Shown: positions 1 to 9,397 of the stretch, in pieces | Layout of the letters: each line of letters begins with the position of its first letter | How positions within the stretch are numbered: the stretch's first letter is position 1 | DNA from: an uncultured Alphaproteobacteria bacterium | Lineage (GTDB): Bacteria > Pseudomonadota > Alphaproteobacteria > HIMB59 > GCA-002718135 | Direction: 5' to 3' | Assembly (NCBI GenBank): GCA_902572735.1 | Contig: CACGGX010000002.1 | Coordinates: 13,585-77,584 of the forward strand | Length of the DNA: 64,000 nucleotides | Program-made: the position numbers and the translations under genes | Notes under the pieces: generated by a model | The model's database searches: none | Seen by the model: the letters and a program-made list of their open reading frames with translations, nothing else | Told to the model about the DNA's origin: nothing

Positions 1-1
1 T

Positions 2-472
2 AAATTAAATTCTGAGATTGCACTTGATAAATCCGGCAACTACACAACTAACCCTTATAACGCTGTTTCTTTGGCTCCACTTGGAGGTAAAGAATATGGA
101 TATAAAGGTTTTGGATTATCTTCTTCTGTAGAAATAATGTGCGGACCTCTTATTGGTATGGCTCATGGATACCGTTTATTATCAATGATTGGACCAGATT
201 TTAGTACACCAAGAAAGTTAGGACATTTCTTAATCGCCATTTCATTAAATGCTTTCACAACAAAAAAACAATATTTTAAAGGTATGAAAAACTATATGAG
301 CGATCTAAAAAAACAAAAACCAAAAAAAAATAATAATCCAATTTTATATCCAGGTGAAAAAGAAAAAATTACTTCTAAAAAAAGATTAAAATCAGGCATT
401 CCAATTGACAAAGAATTAAAAACTGATTTTTTATTTTTAGCTGATAAATATAAGGTAAAAATTAATTTATAG
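2..472 (+). CDS. Ldh_2 family (type-2 malate/L-lactate/sulfolactate/ureidoglycolate-type) dehydrogenase, 3' part only
   Basis: The frame is open from nt 2 with no stop, so the gene starts outside the window. The segment PLGGKEYGYKGFGLSSSVEIMCGPL resembles the Ldh_2 family. The stop is TAG at 470-472. Confidence 0.55.
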   Translation, partial: KLNSEIALDKSGNYTTNPYNAVSLAPLGGKEYGYKGFGLSSSVEIMCGPLIGMAHGYRLLSMIGPDFSTPRKLGHFLIAISLNAFTTKKQYFKGMKNYMSDLKKQKPKKNNNPILYPGEKEKITSKKRLKSGIPIDKELKTDFLFLADKYKVKINL

Positions 473-1649
473 CTTTTATCACACCTTTAAGCTGATCTAG
501 CCCTTTCATTCTGCCTAATAATGAATATCCAGGTATTACTGAATTAAATTGGTCATGAAGTATTGTATGTCCATGATCAGGCCTCATAGGAATTTGTTTA
601 ATAGGATGATTATTTTTTTTTCTTTTATTTTCTTCTTTTAATATTGCTTTGATAATAGACACCATGTCCAGGCTTCCATTAAGGTGATCATCTTCATAAA
701 AATCGAGAGATTTTGGAATGTGTCTTATATTTCTTAAATGAATAAAATTTATATAAGAACCATATTTTTTAATTATATTGACTAAGTTGTTTTTTTTATT
801 AACACCAAGGGATCCTGTACAAAAAGTTAAACCTACATTTGTATCTTTTTTTATATTCACAATAAAATTAATATCTTTCTCATTAGAAACAATTCTTGGT
901 AATCCATAAACATTATATGGAGGATCATCTGGATGAATATTGTAATGAATATTATATTTTTTTATAATTGGATAAATTTCTTCTATAAAATCTTTTAAAT
1001 TATTTTGTAAATCACTATGATTTAATTCTGCAAATTGATCAATCTCATAATTTAAATCTTTAATTGTATACTTTCTATCGTTTGCAGCTAACCCTCCAAG
1101 TAAAGACATCTTAAGTTTTTTTAAATCACTAGAATTCATTTTTTGTAATATTTTTTTTGAAGTATGGATTTCTTTGGATGAATACCTTTTTTTTGCTGTT
1201 TTAGATTTCAAAATAAAATTTTCAAATGCACAGACATGAAGATGATTATATTTTAGAGCAAATGCTCCATTTGGTAGTTGATGATTTAAATCTGTTCTCA
1301 CCCAATCAATCAATGGCATAAAATTGTAACAAATATTTTTAATTTTATTCTTTCCTAAATTTATCAATGACTCTTTGTATTGATCTATGTAATATTTATA
1401 TCTCCCTGACCTCTTTTTTATGTCATTATGAACAGGAAGACTTTCAACAACACTCCAAGTTAAATTTTTATTGTTATTAATTTTGAAACTTTCAATAAAT
1501 TTCTTCCTTTTCTTGATTTCGAATGCAGACCATTTTTCACCATATTTTATTTGTGCTAGTGATGATACGATTCCTTCAACGCCTATCTGTCGAATTTGAT
1601 CTAATTTTGAAGGATCATTATGACCAAACCATCTAAATGAATACAGCAT
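462..1649 (-). CDS. uxuA: D-mannonate dehydratase
   Basis: The 395-aa product starts MLYSFRWFGHNDPSKLDQIRQIGVEGIV, which parallels the UxuA N-terminus (W-R-W-x-G-x-x-D-P). Length is typical for UxuA. Confidence 0.8.
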   Translation of the reverse strand: MLYSFRWFGHNDPSKLDQIRQIGVEGIVSSLAQIKYGEKWSAFEIKKRKKFIESFKINNNKNLTWSVVESLPVHNDIKKRSGRYKYYIDQYKESLINLGKNKIKNICYNFMPLIDWVRTDLNHQLPNGAFALKYNHLHVCAFENFILKSKTAKKRYSSKEIHTSKKILQKMNSSDLKKLKMSLLGGLAANDRKYTIKDLNYEIDQFAELNHSDLQNNLKDFIEEIYPIIKKYNIHYNIHPDDPPYNVYGLPRIVSNEKDINFIVNIKKDTNVGLTFCTGSLGVNKKNNLVNIIKKYGSYINFIHLRNIRHIPKSLDFYEDDHLNGSLDMVSIIKAILKEENKRKKNNHPIKQIPMRPDHGHTILHDQFNSVIPGYSLLGRMKGLDQLKGVIKAIN

Positions 1650-1750
1650 GCGACAATAGTATAATCAATATAATTATAAATAAATACTTTATTTTATTTT
1701 TGTTGATTTAAGTTCTAATTCTGCATACATTAAAATAAATTTAAGGAGGA

Positions 1751-2782
1751 ATGATGAAAAAATTTATAATATTTTTAACTTCTTTTTTTGCTTTACTAGT
1801 ATCACCTGTTTTTGCAGGTGGTCATGGTGTTACTAAAGTAGCTCTAGTCCCTGGTGGCCCGCACCCTTATTTTGCTGCGTGGGAACAAGCAGGTTTAGAT
1901 GCTGTAGAAGACTTTGGTTTAGGAAAAGCAGATTACAGAGTCCCTGCAGAGTGGGATCTAAGTCAACAAAACGAGTTAATTGAAAGTTTAGTTGGTCAAG
2001 GTTACAATGCAGTACTTGTATTTCCTGGTGATGCAGTTGGTACAAATAAAATTTTAGGTGAACTAGATGATGCTGGTATACCAACAGCTGCTTTAGCAGG
2101 ATGTGTTGAACAACCAACTCAAGCAAAATTTTGTTTTGGAACTGACACTGGTCACTCAGCTTATCTTGGTACAAAAGAATTAATTAAAGCTTTAGGTGGC
2201 AAAGGAAAAATTGCTCACTTTACTGGTTTCTTAGTTGATCCAAATACAACTCTAAGAATCAATGCTGTTGAACAAGCTGTTTCAGAAGCAGGCGGTGGAG
2301 TAGAAATTATTCAAGTTATTGCTGATATTGATGCTTATGAACCAGCTGATGAAAAAATTAATGCTTTCATGGCGGCTCAAGGAAGTGAAGTAGATGGTAT
2401 TGTTACTACTGCTTGGGTTCCTGCTGTTGTAGCAGCACAAGCTTTAACTAATATGGGCGATAAAAGAATTAAAATGGTTGGTATTGATCATGACGAAGTA
2501 GTTTTAAAAGCTATTAAAGATGGTTATGTTCATGGAACTATGCTTCAAAACCCATATGGGCAAGGTTACATTGGTTCATATGTAATGGACAAAGTTAGAC
2601 AAGGTTGTGAGTTCAAAGCTGATGCACCTTGGAAATCAACTGCACAAACTGATCAATTTATTGATTCAGGAACTGTATTTGTTGATATTAGCGATGTTGA
2701 TACATACGTTATGGCTATGAGAGGAATTTCTCTAGAAATTTTAGAAACTTTTGATAGCACATATCTAAACTGTCCAAGTTAA
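1751..2782 (+). CDS. Periplasmic monosaccharide-binding protein of a CUT2 (ribose-type) ABC transporter
   Basis: It has a signal peptide (MMKKFIIFLTSFFALLVSPVFA) and a strong RBS (aaggagga) upstream. It reads like the Peripla_BP_4 family and is followed by two BPD_transp_2-type permeases and a double ABC ATPase. Confidence 0.8.
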   Translation: MMKKFIIFLTSFFALLVSPVFAGGHGVTKVALVPGGPHPYFAAWEQAGLDAVEDFGLGKADYRVPAEWDLSQQNELIESLVGQGYNAVLVFPGDAVGTNKILGELDDAGIPTAALAGCVEQPTQAKFCFGTDTGHSAYLGTKELIKALGGKGKIAHFTGFLVDPNTTLRINAVEQAVSEAGGGVEIIQVIADIDAYEPADEKINAFMAAQGSEVDGIVTTAWVPAVVAAQALTNMGDKRIKMVGIDHDEVVLKAIKDGYVHGTMLQNPYGQGYIGSYVMDKVRQGCEFKADAPWKSTAQTDQFIDSGTVFVDISDVDTYVMAMRGISLEILETFDSTYLNCPS

Positions 2783-2790
2783 AATAATAT

Positions 2791-2814
2791 GGGGGCATCA
2801 AGCCCCCTTTTTTT
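2791..2814 (+). terminator. GC-rich hairpin plus T-tract directly after the binding-protein gene (intra-operon attenuator/terminator)
   Basis: gggggc (2791-2796), loop atcaa, gccccc (2802-2807), then ttttttt (2808-2814). The next ATG is at 2815. Confidence 0.6.
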
Positions 2815-3801
2815 ATGAATAATAAAATTCCTAATTTTGTAAAAACCAATCAGTTTGGTTTACTTATATTGGTAATTGTATTTATTTGTATTTTTTCCTT
2901 TTCAACTGATGGATTTACTTCAAGATTCAATATTTATGCTCTCTCAAGAGTAGTTGCTCTAGATATAATGATTGGTTTAGCAATGATGGTAGTTATACTT
3001 ACTGGAGGTTTAAATCTATCTCTAGGTGCTTTAGGTGTTTCTGCAGCAATGTTTGGTGGCTGGTGTATGGAAAGTATGGGAATTCCTATTTCTATTACAA
3101 TCATTTTAGTTTTAGCTTTTGGTTCATTCCTAGGCTGGATTAATGGATTTGTAACTGTCAGAACTGGTGTTCATAGTTTCATTGTTACGCTGGCAACGAT
3201 GAGTATTTATTTTGGTTTCATGACCTTGCTCACTGAAGCAGAAGCATTTAGAAAATTACCAGAGGCTTTTACTGATTTTGGGAGTTTAAAACTTTTCAAC
3301 AAATATATTTCACCATTACTAATAATTAGTGTGATGACTTGTTTTGTACTTTATTACATTTTTAAATACACTGATATTGGCCGAAAGCTTATCGCAGCTG
3401 GAGCTAATCCTGATGCTGCAGAATTATCAGGTATATCTGTAGATAGAATGTTTATTTATTGTCATATGCTTTCAGGCTTCTTAGCAGCACTTGCAGGTAT
3501 TATGTTAACAGCAAGAATTGGTGCTGCAATACCGTCTATGGCCGGTCATCTAGGATTTGATTGGTTATTACCTGCTTTTTTAGCTCCAGTATTAGGTGGT
3601 ACACTTCTTTCTGGTGGCAAGGTTACAGTTTTTGGAACAATGCTAGGAGCAATTCTTGTCACATTAATAAATAATGGATTATACTTAATCGACGTTGGTG
3701 AATTTTGGGTAAGATTTTTTCTTGGGATCATATTATTAGGAGCTGTTCTGCTAGATAGAGCTAGAGAATATTTTACTGTTAAAAATTCAATTGTTTCATG
3801 A
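2815..3801 (+). CDS. Sugar ABC transporter permease (ribose/xylose-type)
   Basis: 328-aa polytopic membrane protein that reads like the RbsC/BPD_transp_2 family. It sits inside the transporter operon. Confidence 0.85.
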   Translation: MNNKIPNFVKTNQFGLLILVIVFICIFSFSTDGFTSRFNIYALSRVVALDIMIGLAMMVVILTGGLNLSLGALGVSAAMFGGWCMESMGIPISITIILVLAFGSFLGWINGFVTVRTGVHSFIVTLATMSIYFGFMTLLTEAEAFRKLPEAFTDFGSLKLFNKYISPLLIISVMTCFVLYYIFKYTDIGRKLIAAGANPDAAELSGISVDRMFIYCHMLSGFLAALAGIMLTARIGAAIPSMAGHLGFDWLLPAFLAPVLGGTLLSGGKVTVFGTMLGAILVTLINNGLYLIDVGEFWVRFFLGIILLGAVLLDRAREYFTVKNSIVS

Positions 3802-4766
3802 GCGCACTTTTAAAAAAAGATTGGTTTGGACTTGGTTTAGTTTTAATTTTTGGTTCAATCTTAATTTCATTGTTTAAGCCTGCATTTATTTCTCCATTTA
3901 ATTTATATGTTTTAATGCTGAGTGTTAGTTTGATGCTCGTTGTGGCAATGTCACAAATGATAATCATTGCAATTGGTCAAATGAACTTATCTGTTGGAGC
4001 AATTGGTGGCTTAGTTGCGATTTCATTTACTGGCTTAATGGAAGTTTATAGCATGTCTATTTTACCTGCTGTTCTCATTGGATTATTAATTGGTCTTGCT
4101 TGCGGTTTTATAAATGGATACATCACTGTTAAAACTGGCATATCAGCTTTTATTATTACCCTTGCTACACTTTACATTTTTAAAGGAATGAATTTAGGAA
4201 TAACAGAGGCTCAACCTTTTTATGAAATTCCTGAGGCTGTAAAATTTTTTGGAAATGCAAAAATCTTTGGCCCTATACCTTACCTAGTAATCATACCAAT
4301 TATTATAACTGTGCTGATGTGGATATTAATGAATAGAACATCACTTGGAAGGTATATGCTGGCATACGGTAATAATGTGCAATCATCAGAACTAATAGGA
4401 ATATCTTCAACAAAAATAGTTATCTATGCACATGTTATATCAGGTCTTTTAGCAGCTATCGGGGGAATGTTAGTGGTTTGTAGATTACAACTTGGGACAC
4501 CTAATATAGGTGATTCTTGGTTATTACCTTCATTTGCTGCACCGGTAATTGGAGGCGCTATACTTGCTGGTGGAAAAGTAGATGTCATTGCTACTGCTTT
4601 TGGCGTGATATTAGTTTCTATAATTTCTCAAGCTTTAGTAATTTTTAAAATTGATCCTTTTTTTGTTCAAATATTTTTAGGATTTATGATTTTATTAGCG
4701 GTATTTATAAATAGATACAGAGAATATAGAGAAGAGAGAAGAACAAAGGTTTTTTCAGATGAGTGA
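3798..4766 (+). CDS. Sugar ABC transporter permease (second subunit)
   Basis: 322-aa paralogue of the preceding permease. An ATGA start/stop overlap occurs at 3798-3801. Confidence 0.85.
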   Translation: MSALLKKDWFGLGLVLIFGSILISLFKPAFISPFNLYVLMLSVSLMLVVAMSQMIIIAIGQMNLSVGAIGGLVAISFTGLMEVYSMSILPAVLIGLLIGLACGFINGYITVKTGISAFIITLATLYIFKGMNLGITEAQPFYEIPEAVKFFGNAKIFGPIPYLVIIPIIITVLMWILMNRTSLGRYMLAYGNNVQSSELIGISSTKIVIYAHVISGLLAAIGGMLVVCRLQLGTPNIGDSWLLPSFAAPVIGGAILAGGKVDVIATAFGVILVSIISQALVIFKIDPFFVQIFLGFMILLAVFINRYREYREERRTKVFSDE

Positions 4767-6267
4767 TTATATTTTAGAACTCAATAACATTACAAAAAAT
4801 TTTCCTGGTGTTAAAGCTCTTGATAATGCAAACTTTAGACTCAAAAAAAAATCAATCCATGCACTTCTTGGTGAAAATGGAGCTGGAAAATCTACATTAA
4901 TTAAAATTATTACAGGAGTATATAATCAAAATGAAGGAAAGCTATTTTTAAATAATCAAGAAAAGTCTTTTTCTTCACCTAATGAAGCAATGAATGCTGG
5001 AATTTCAGTTGTGCACCAAGAAAGAAATTTAATTAGGAGGTTTTCAGTTGGTGAAAATTTAATGTTAACCAACCTTCCTAAAAATAATTTAGGATTAATT
5101 GATTATAATACTGTTGCCAAAGAATCAAAAAAATGGCTCGATATTATGGAGTTGGATATAGATCCAAATACAATAGTATCAGATTTAACAGTTGCAAAAA
5201 TGCAACTTTGTGAAATAGCTAAAGCTTTATCCTTAGAATCAAAAATACTATTATTAGATGAGCCAACTTCATCATTATCCCCACAAGATACAAAAAATTT
5301 ATTTGCATTACTTAAACGATTAGTTGCTGAACAAGATGTAAGTATAGTTTTTGTTAGTCACAAATTAGAGGAAGTATTTGAAATTTGTGATGAAGTTACT
5401 GTTTTGAGAGATGGTAAAAATGCTTGTGAGTCTGAACAAATTACTAATCTTAATAGACAGAAACTTGTTAAATTAATGATTGGCAGAGATGAACAAATAA
5501 TTAAATCTAAGAAAAATATTGATTTTACAGATGAAAGTTTACTAGATCTACAATCAATAAACACTGACCTTGGTCATAAAAATATTAATTTAAATTTAAA
5601 AAAAGGTGAAATACTTGGATTATACGGTTTAGTTGGTGCAGGAAGAACAGAATTAATAAAATGTGTACTTGGGCTTGATAAAATTAATTCTGGACAGATT
5701 TTACTCAACAATAAAGAAATCAAAATTAAGTCTCCAAAAGATGCGCTAGAAAAATATAAAATTGGATACATAAGTGAAGACAGAAAAAAAGAAGGACTAA
5801 TTCTAATGCATGATGTTTTATCCAATGCTGGAATAACAGTCTGGTCAAATTTGAAAAAAATATTATCCTTTTTAAATGACAGTATTGTTTACAATAAAGT
5901 AGATCCTTACGTGAAACAACTTGAAGTAAAAACACCTTCATACCAACAAATCGTTTCTAACTTATCCGGAGGTAATCAGCAAAAAATTAGTGTAGCTAAA
6001 TGGCTAGCTTCTGGAACTGATATATTATTTATTGATGAACCCACAGTTGGTATAGATATAAAAACAAAATCTTATCTTCATGAATTAATTATTGAACTAT
6101 CTTTAAAAGGCACATCAATAATTTTAATTACCAGTGATATGCCTGAAATGATTAGCTTAGCAGATAGAATTATAACAATGAAAGATTTCAAGGTAGTTGG
6201 TGAAACTATCAATAATCATAACTATGAAGAAATGAGTTCATCAATTATGGGAAATATTCATGAATAA
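4759..6267 (+). CDS. Sugar ABC transporter ATP-binding protein with two ABC domains (RbsA/MglA-like)
   Basis: Walker A is GENGAGKST, and a degenerate second P-loop is GLVGAGRTE. The signature LSGGNQQK is present. The gene overlaps the permease by 8 nt. Confidence 0.9.
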   Translation: MSDYILELNNITKNFPGVKALDNANFRLKKKSIHALLGENGAGKSTLIKIITGVYNQNEGKLFLNNQEKSFSSPNEAMNAGISVVHQERNLIRRFSVGENLMLTNLPKNNLGLIDYNTVAKESKKWLDIMELDIDPNTIVSDLTVAKMQLCEIAKALSLESKILLLDEPTSSLSPQDTKNLFALLKRLVAEQDVSIVFVSHKLEEVFEICDEVTVLRDGKNACESEQITNLNRQKLVKLMIGRDEQIIKSKKNIDFTDESLLDLQSINTDLGHKNINLNLKKGEILGLYGLVGAGRTELIKCVLGLDKINSGQILLNNKEIKIKSPKDALEKYKIGYISEDRKKEGLILMHDVLSNAGITVWSNLKKILSFLNDSIVYNKVDPYVKQLEVKTPSYQQIVSNLSGGNQQKISVAKWLASGTDILFIDEPTVGIDIKTKSYLHELIIELSLKGTSIILITSDMPEMISLADRIITMKDFKVVGETINNHNYEEMSSSIMGNIHE

Positions 6268-7261
6268 AAGACAGCTTGGAAAAACTGATATAAAATTAAC
6301 AGCTATTGGTTTTGGTGGAGCGCCCTTAGGCAATTTATTTGAAAATCTTGATGAACGAAATTGCTATGACATACTTGAAAAAAGCTATCAAAAAGGAATC
6401 AATATTTATGATACATCACCTTTATATGGTTATGGATTAAGTGAACATAGATTAGGAAATTTTTTAAAAACTGTAGATGAGGATAGTTATTTTTTATCAA
6501 CCAAAGTTGGAAGATATCTTACACCAGCAAATAAAGATAATATAGATAGAGGGAGATTTGCAGGAAGTTTAAATTTTTCTCCTAATCTCGATTACTCTTA
6601 TGACGGTGTGATGAGAGCATTTGAGCAATCATTACTAAGATTAGCTGTTTCAAAAGTAGATATTTGTTTAATTCATGATGTAGATCGATTTAATTTTGGT
6701 GACGAGGTTGATCATTATTTTAAATTAGCAATGGATGGCGCGTATAAAGCCGTTCAAAAACTAAAAGAAGAAAAAGTTATCAAGGCTATTGGAGTTGGAG
6801 TAAATGACTCTGATATATGTGCAAGATTTGCAAATGCAGGTGATTTTGATTGTATGGTTCTTGCAGGCAGATATTCATTATTGGATCAAAACGCTCTTAA
6901 TGATTTTTTCCCTATTGCTGAAAAAAATAATATAGGAATTATTCTTGCAGGAATTTTTAATTCAGGAATTTTAGCTAAAGGTGTAGGTGAAAATATTACT
7001 TATTTTTATGATAAAATTCCAGAAGAAGTTAAACAACGATACTTAAAAATTGCAAATATTTGTAAAAAATATGATGTGCCTGTTCCGGCAGCAGCAATAC
7101 AATTTTGCTATACTAATAAACTTGTCACCTCCATGATTTTAGGCATGGATAGGCTTGGTCAAGTGGAGCAAAACTTAGATTATTTAAATTTTCCTATCCC
7201 TGAAGATTTGTGGAAAGATTTACTTAATGAAAAACTAATTGATGAAAGATGTCCAATATGA
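6260..7261 (+). CDS. Aldo/keto reductase, L-fucose/L-galactose (D-threo-aldose) 1-dehydrogenase-like
   Basis: The 333-aa product has an AKR-type N-terminus (LGKTDIKLTAIGFGGAPLGN). Function is assigned from its position directly upstream of fuconate dehydratase. Confidence 0.6.
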   Translation: MNKRQLGKTDIKLTAIGFGGAPLGNLFENLDERNCYDILEKSYQKGINIYDTSPLYGYGLSEHRLGNFLKTVDEDSYFLSTKVGRYLTPANKDNIDRGRFAGSLNFSPNLDYSYDGVMRAFEQSLLRLAVSKVDICLIHDVDRFNFGDEVDHYFKLAMDGAYKAVQKLKEEKVIKAIGVGVNDSDICARFANAGDFDCMVLAGRYSLLDQNALNDFFPIAEKNNIGIILAGIFNSGILAKGVGENITYFYDKIPEEVKQRYLKIANICKKYDVPVPAAAIQFCYTNKLVTSMILGMDRLGQVEQNLDYLNFPIPEDLWKDLLNEKLIDERCPI

Positions 7262-8544
7262 AAATAATTGATATTAAAACTCAGGATATTCGTTTTCCAA
7301 CATCAAAAGATAATTTGGGAACTGATGCTGTTCATGTTGATTGTGACTACTCTGCAACTTATGTTACAATATTTACTGATCAAAAAGATTTAACTGGTAT
7401 TGGATTAACCTTTACTATTGGAAAAGGTAATGATCTTTGTTGTACCGTCATAGAATATTTTAAAGAATTTATAATTGGAAAAAAAGTTGAAGAAATAGAA
7501 AAGGATATTGCATCCATATGGGAAAAAATTACAAACCACAGTCAATTAAGATGGGTAGGACCACAAAAAGGTGTAACACATCTTGCAGCTGCAGCTTTTT
7601 TTAATGCAATATGGGATTTAATTTCTAAATTGCATAAAAAACCTCTTTGGAGATACATAATAGAATTAGAAACAAGAGATTTATTAGATAAACTCTCTTT
7701 TTCTTATATTGACGATGTAATTACTAAAGATGAAGCAGCTAAAATAATAGATCAGAAAAAAACAAATTTACCTTCAAATTTAGACGATTTAAATTCCACT
7801 ATTTTTCCAGCATATACAACAGCAGCTGGTTGGTTAGGATATTCAGATGAAAAAATGAAAAGACTAGTTGAAGAAAATTTAAGTAAGGGCTGGACTCATT
7901 TTAAAATGAAAGTTGGTCAAGATATAGAAAGGGATATCCATCGCTGTAAGTTAGTAAGAGAATTAATAGGTAATAAAAATAAATTAATGGTAGATTCCAA
8001 TCAAATCTGGAGTGTAAATGAGACTATAGAAAATATTGGAAAACTAAAACAGTTCGATATTTTATTCTATGAAGAACCAACCAACCCTGATGATGTATTA
8101 GGTTTTAAAAAAATTAAAGATGCACATCCTGACGTTAATCTTGCAACTGGAGAAATGATACAAAATAAAGTTATGTTTAAACAATTTATAGAACACAAAT
8201 CTTTAGATTACTGCCAAATTGATAGTTGTAGAATTGCAAGTATAAATGAAATTTTACCAGTTCTTTTAATAGCTAGTAAGTTTAATACCCCCGTTATTCC
8301 TCACGCAGGTGGCGTTGGTTTATGTGAATATGTTCAACATTTAAATCTAATCAACAAGTTTATAATTTCTAATCATGAATTATTGTTAAGTGAATATGCA
8401 GAAAGCTGCTCTGAACATTTTGAAAATCCAGCAATAATTAAAGATGGTGGATATGTTACTCCTACAAATCCAGGATATTCTGTAAAAATTAAAGATAGTT
8501 CTCTTAATGAATTTGATTATAATAATGGTACTTATTGGAAATAA
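7258..8544 (+). CDS. fucD: L-fuconate dehydratase (enolase superfamily, mandelate racemase subgroup)
   Basis: The N-terminus MKIIDIKTQDIRFPTS matches the FucD pattern (x-x-D-V-RFPTS), and the length of about 430 aa fits. I prefer the ATG at 7258 (ATGA overlap with the upstream stop) over the in-frame ATG at 7249. Confidence 0.8.
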   Translation: MKIIDIKTQDIRFPTSKDNLGTDAVHVDCDYSATYVTIFTDQKDLTGIGLTFTIGKGNDLCCTVIEYFKEFIIGKKVEEIEKDIASIWEKITNHSQLRWVGPQKGVTHLAAAAFFNAIWDLISKLHKKPLWRYIIELETRDLLDKLSFSYIDDVITKDEAAKIIDQKKTNLPSNLDDLNSTIFPAYTTAAGWLGYSDEKMKRLVEENLSKGWTHFKMKVGQDIERDIHRCKLVRELIGNKNKLMVDSNQIWSVNETIENIGKLKQFDILFYEEPTNPDDVLGFKKIKDAHPDVNLATGEMIQNKVMFKQFIEHKSLDYCQIDSCRIASINEILPVLLIASKFNTPVIPHAGGVGLCEYVQHLNLINKFIISNHELLLSEYAESCSEHFENPAIIKDGGYVTPTNPGYSVKIKDSSLNEFDYNNGTYWK

Positions 8545-9369
8545 ATGTACGTAGATAGTCATCAACATTTTTGGAAACTTTCAAGAGGAGATTACTCTTG
8601 GATGACCCCGGATATGAAAGTCTTATATAAAGATTTTTTTCCAGAAGATCTTGAGCCACTTATAAATCAAAAAAATATAACTAAAACAGTAATTGTCCAA
8701 GCTGCAGATACTATTGCTGAAACAGAATTTACATTAAGTTTAGCATCTAAATATGAATTTATTGCAGGTGTGGTGGGTTGGGTTGATTTAGATAGTAACA
8801 ATGCTAAAGATGACATTGATAAACTGTGTGAGAATAAATTTTTAAAAGGTTTTAGACCTATGATACATGATATTCAAGATGATGCTTGGATGTTAAATGA
8901 TCACCTAAAAGAAAATATAAATTATTTAAATACAAAAAATTTAACTTTTGATGCTTTAGTTCGACCAAATCATCTTCAACATCTTATGCAATTTGTTAAA
9001 AAATATGATTTCCTTCCTATAGTTATTGATCATATTGCTAAGCCCGTGATTACTAAGTCTGAAATTGACCAATGGAAAAAAGATATGACTGAACTATCAA
9101 ATGCAAGTAATGTTTATTGTAAATTCTCTGGAATTCTTACTGAAGTTGGCCCAGATTATACAAAAGAACAGCTTGATCCTTATATTGATTTTATTCTTAA
9201 TACTTTTGGATCTGATAAATTAATGTGGGGAAGTGATTGGCCTGTTTTAACAATGGCAGATAACTATTCAAATTGGTTTGATTTAGCAATGAATTATTGC
9301 AATTCTTTTTCTGAAGACGAAAAAAATAAAATATTTTCTCGAAATGCAACTCAATTTTATAGTCTTTAA
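8545..9369 (+). CDS. Amidohydrolase_2 family lactonase (L-fucono-1,5-lactonase-like)
   Basis: The motif VDSHQHFW followed by YSWM at the N-terminus is typical of this lactonase group. The gene abuts the fucD stop with a 0-nt gap. Confidence 0.7.
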   Translation: MYVDSHQHFWKLSRGDYSWMTPDMKVLYKDFFPEDLEPLINQKNITKTVIVQAADTIAETEFTLSLASKYEFIAGVVGWVDLDSNNAKDDIDKLCENKFLKGFRPMIHDIQDDAWMLNDHLKENINYLNTKNLTFDALVRPNHLQHLMQFVKKYDFLPIVIDHIAKPVITKSEIDQWKKDMTELSNASNVYCKFSGILTEVGPDYTKEQLDPYIDFILNTFGSDKLMWGSDWPVLTMADNYSNWFDLAMNYCNSFSEDEKNKIFSRNATQFYSL

Positions 9370-9397
9370 AAGATTATATAAATTTAAATTTAATTAA

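Noticed and set aside
1833-2174. 113-aa minus-strand ORF inside the sugar-binding-protein gene. The same applies to the other antisense or alternative-frame ORFs in the track: 3546-3731, 3779-3967, 5358-5941, 8386-8568, 9434-9895, 19040-19252, 19664-20044, 21328-21525, 22764-22961, 23842-24108, 26467-26655, 28582-28824, 32477-32662, 32896-33093, 33427-33738, 35478-35729, 37855-38079, 38694-38891, 42139-42688, 44440-44652, 44892-45173, 47050-47271, 49223-49405, 50891-51163, 55547-55814, 58007-58258, 58619-58943, 59159-59356, 59981-60178, 61366-61687 and 62890-63141.
   Set aside because: Each lies wholly within, or largely antisense to, a longer ORF with clear family motifs. Their translations are low-complexity shadow sequences with no recognisable family.
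1751-2782. Visibly higher G+C and A/G/V/D-rich composition of the two substrate-binding-protein genes (1751-2782 and 29342-30916), considered as possible horizontal transfer.
   Set aside because: The shift is confined to the binding-protein genes themselves, while the co-operonic permeases and ATPases have the local AT-rich style. Expression-linked codon and amino-acid usage in very abundant periplasmic proteins is the simpler explanation. This was not quantified.
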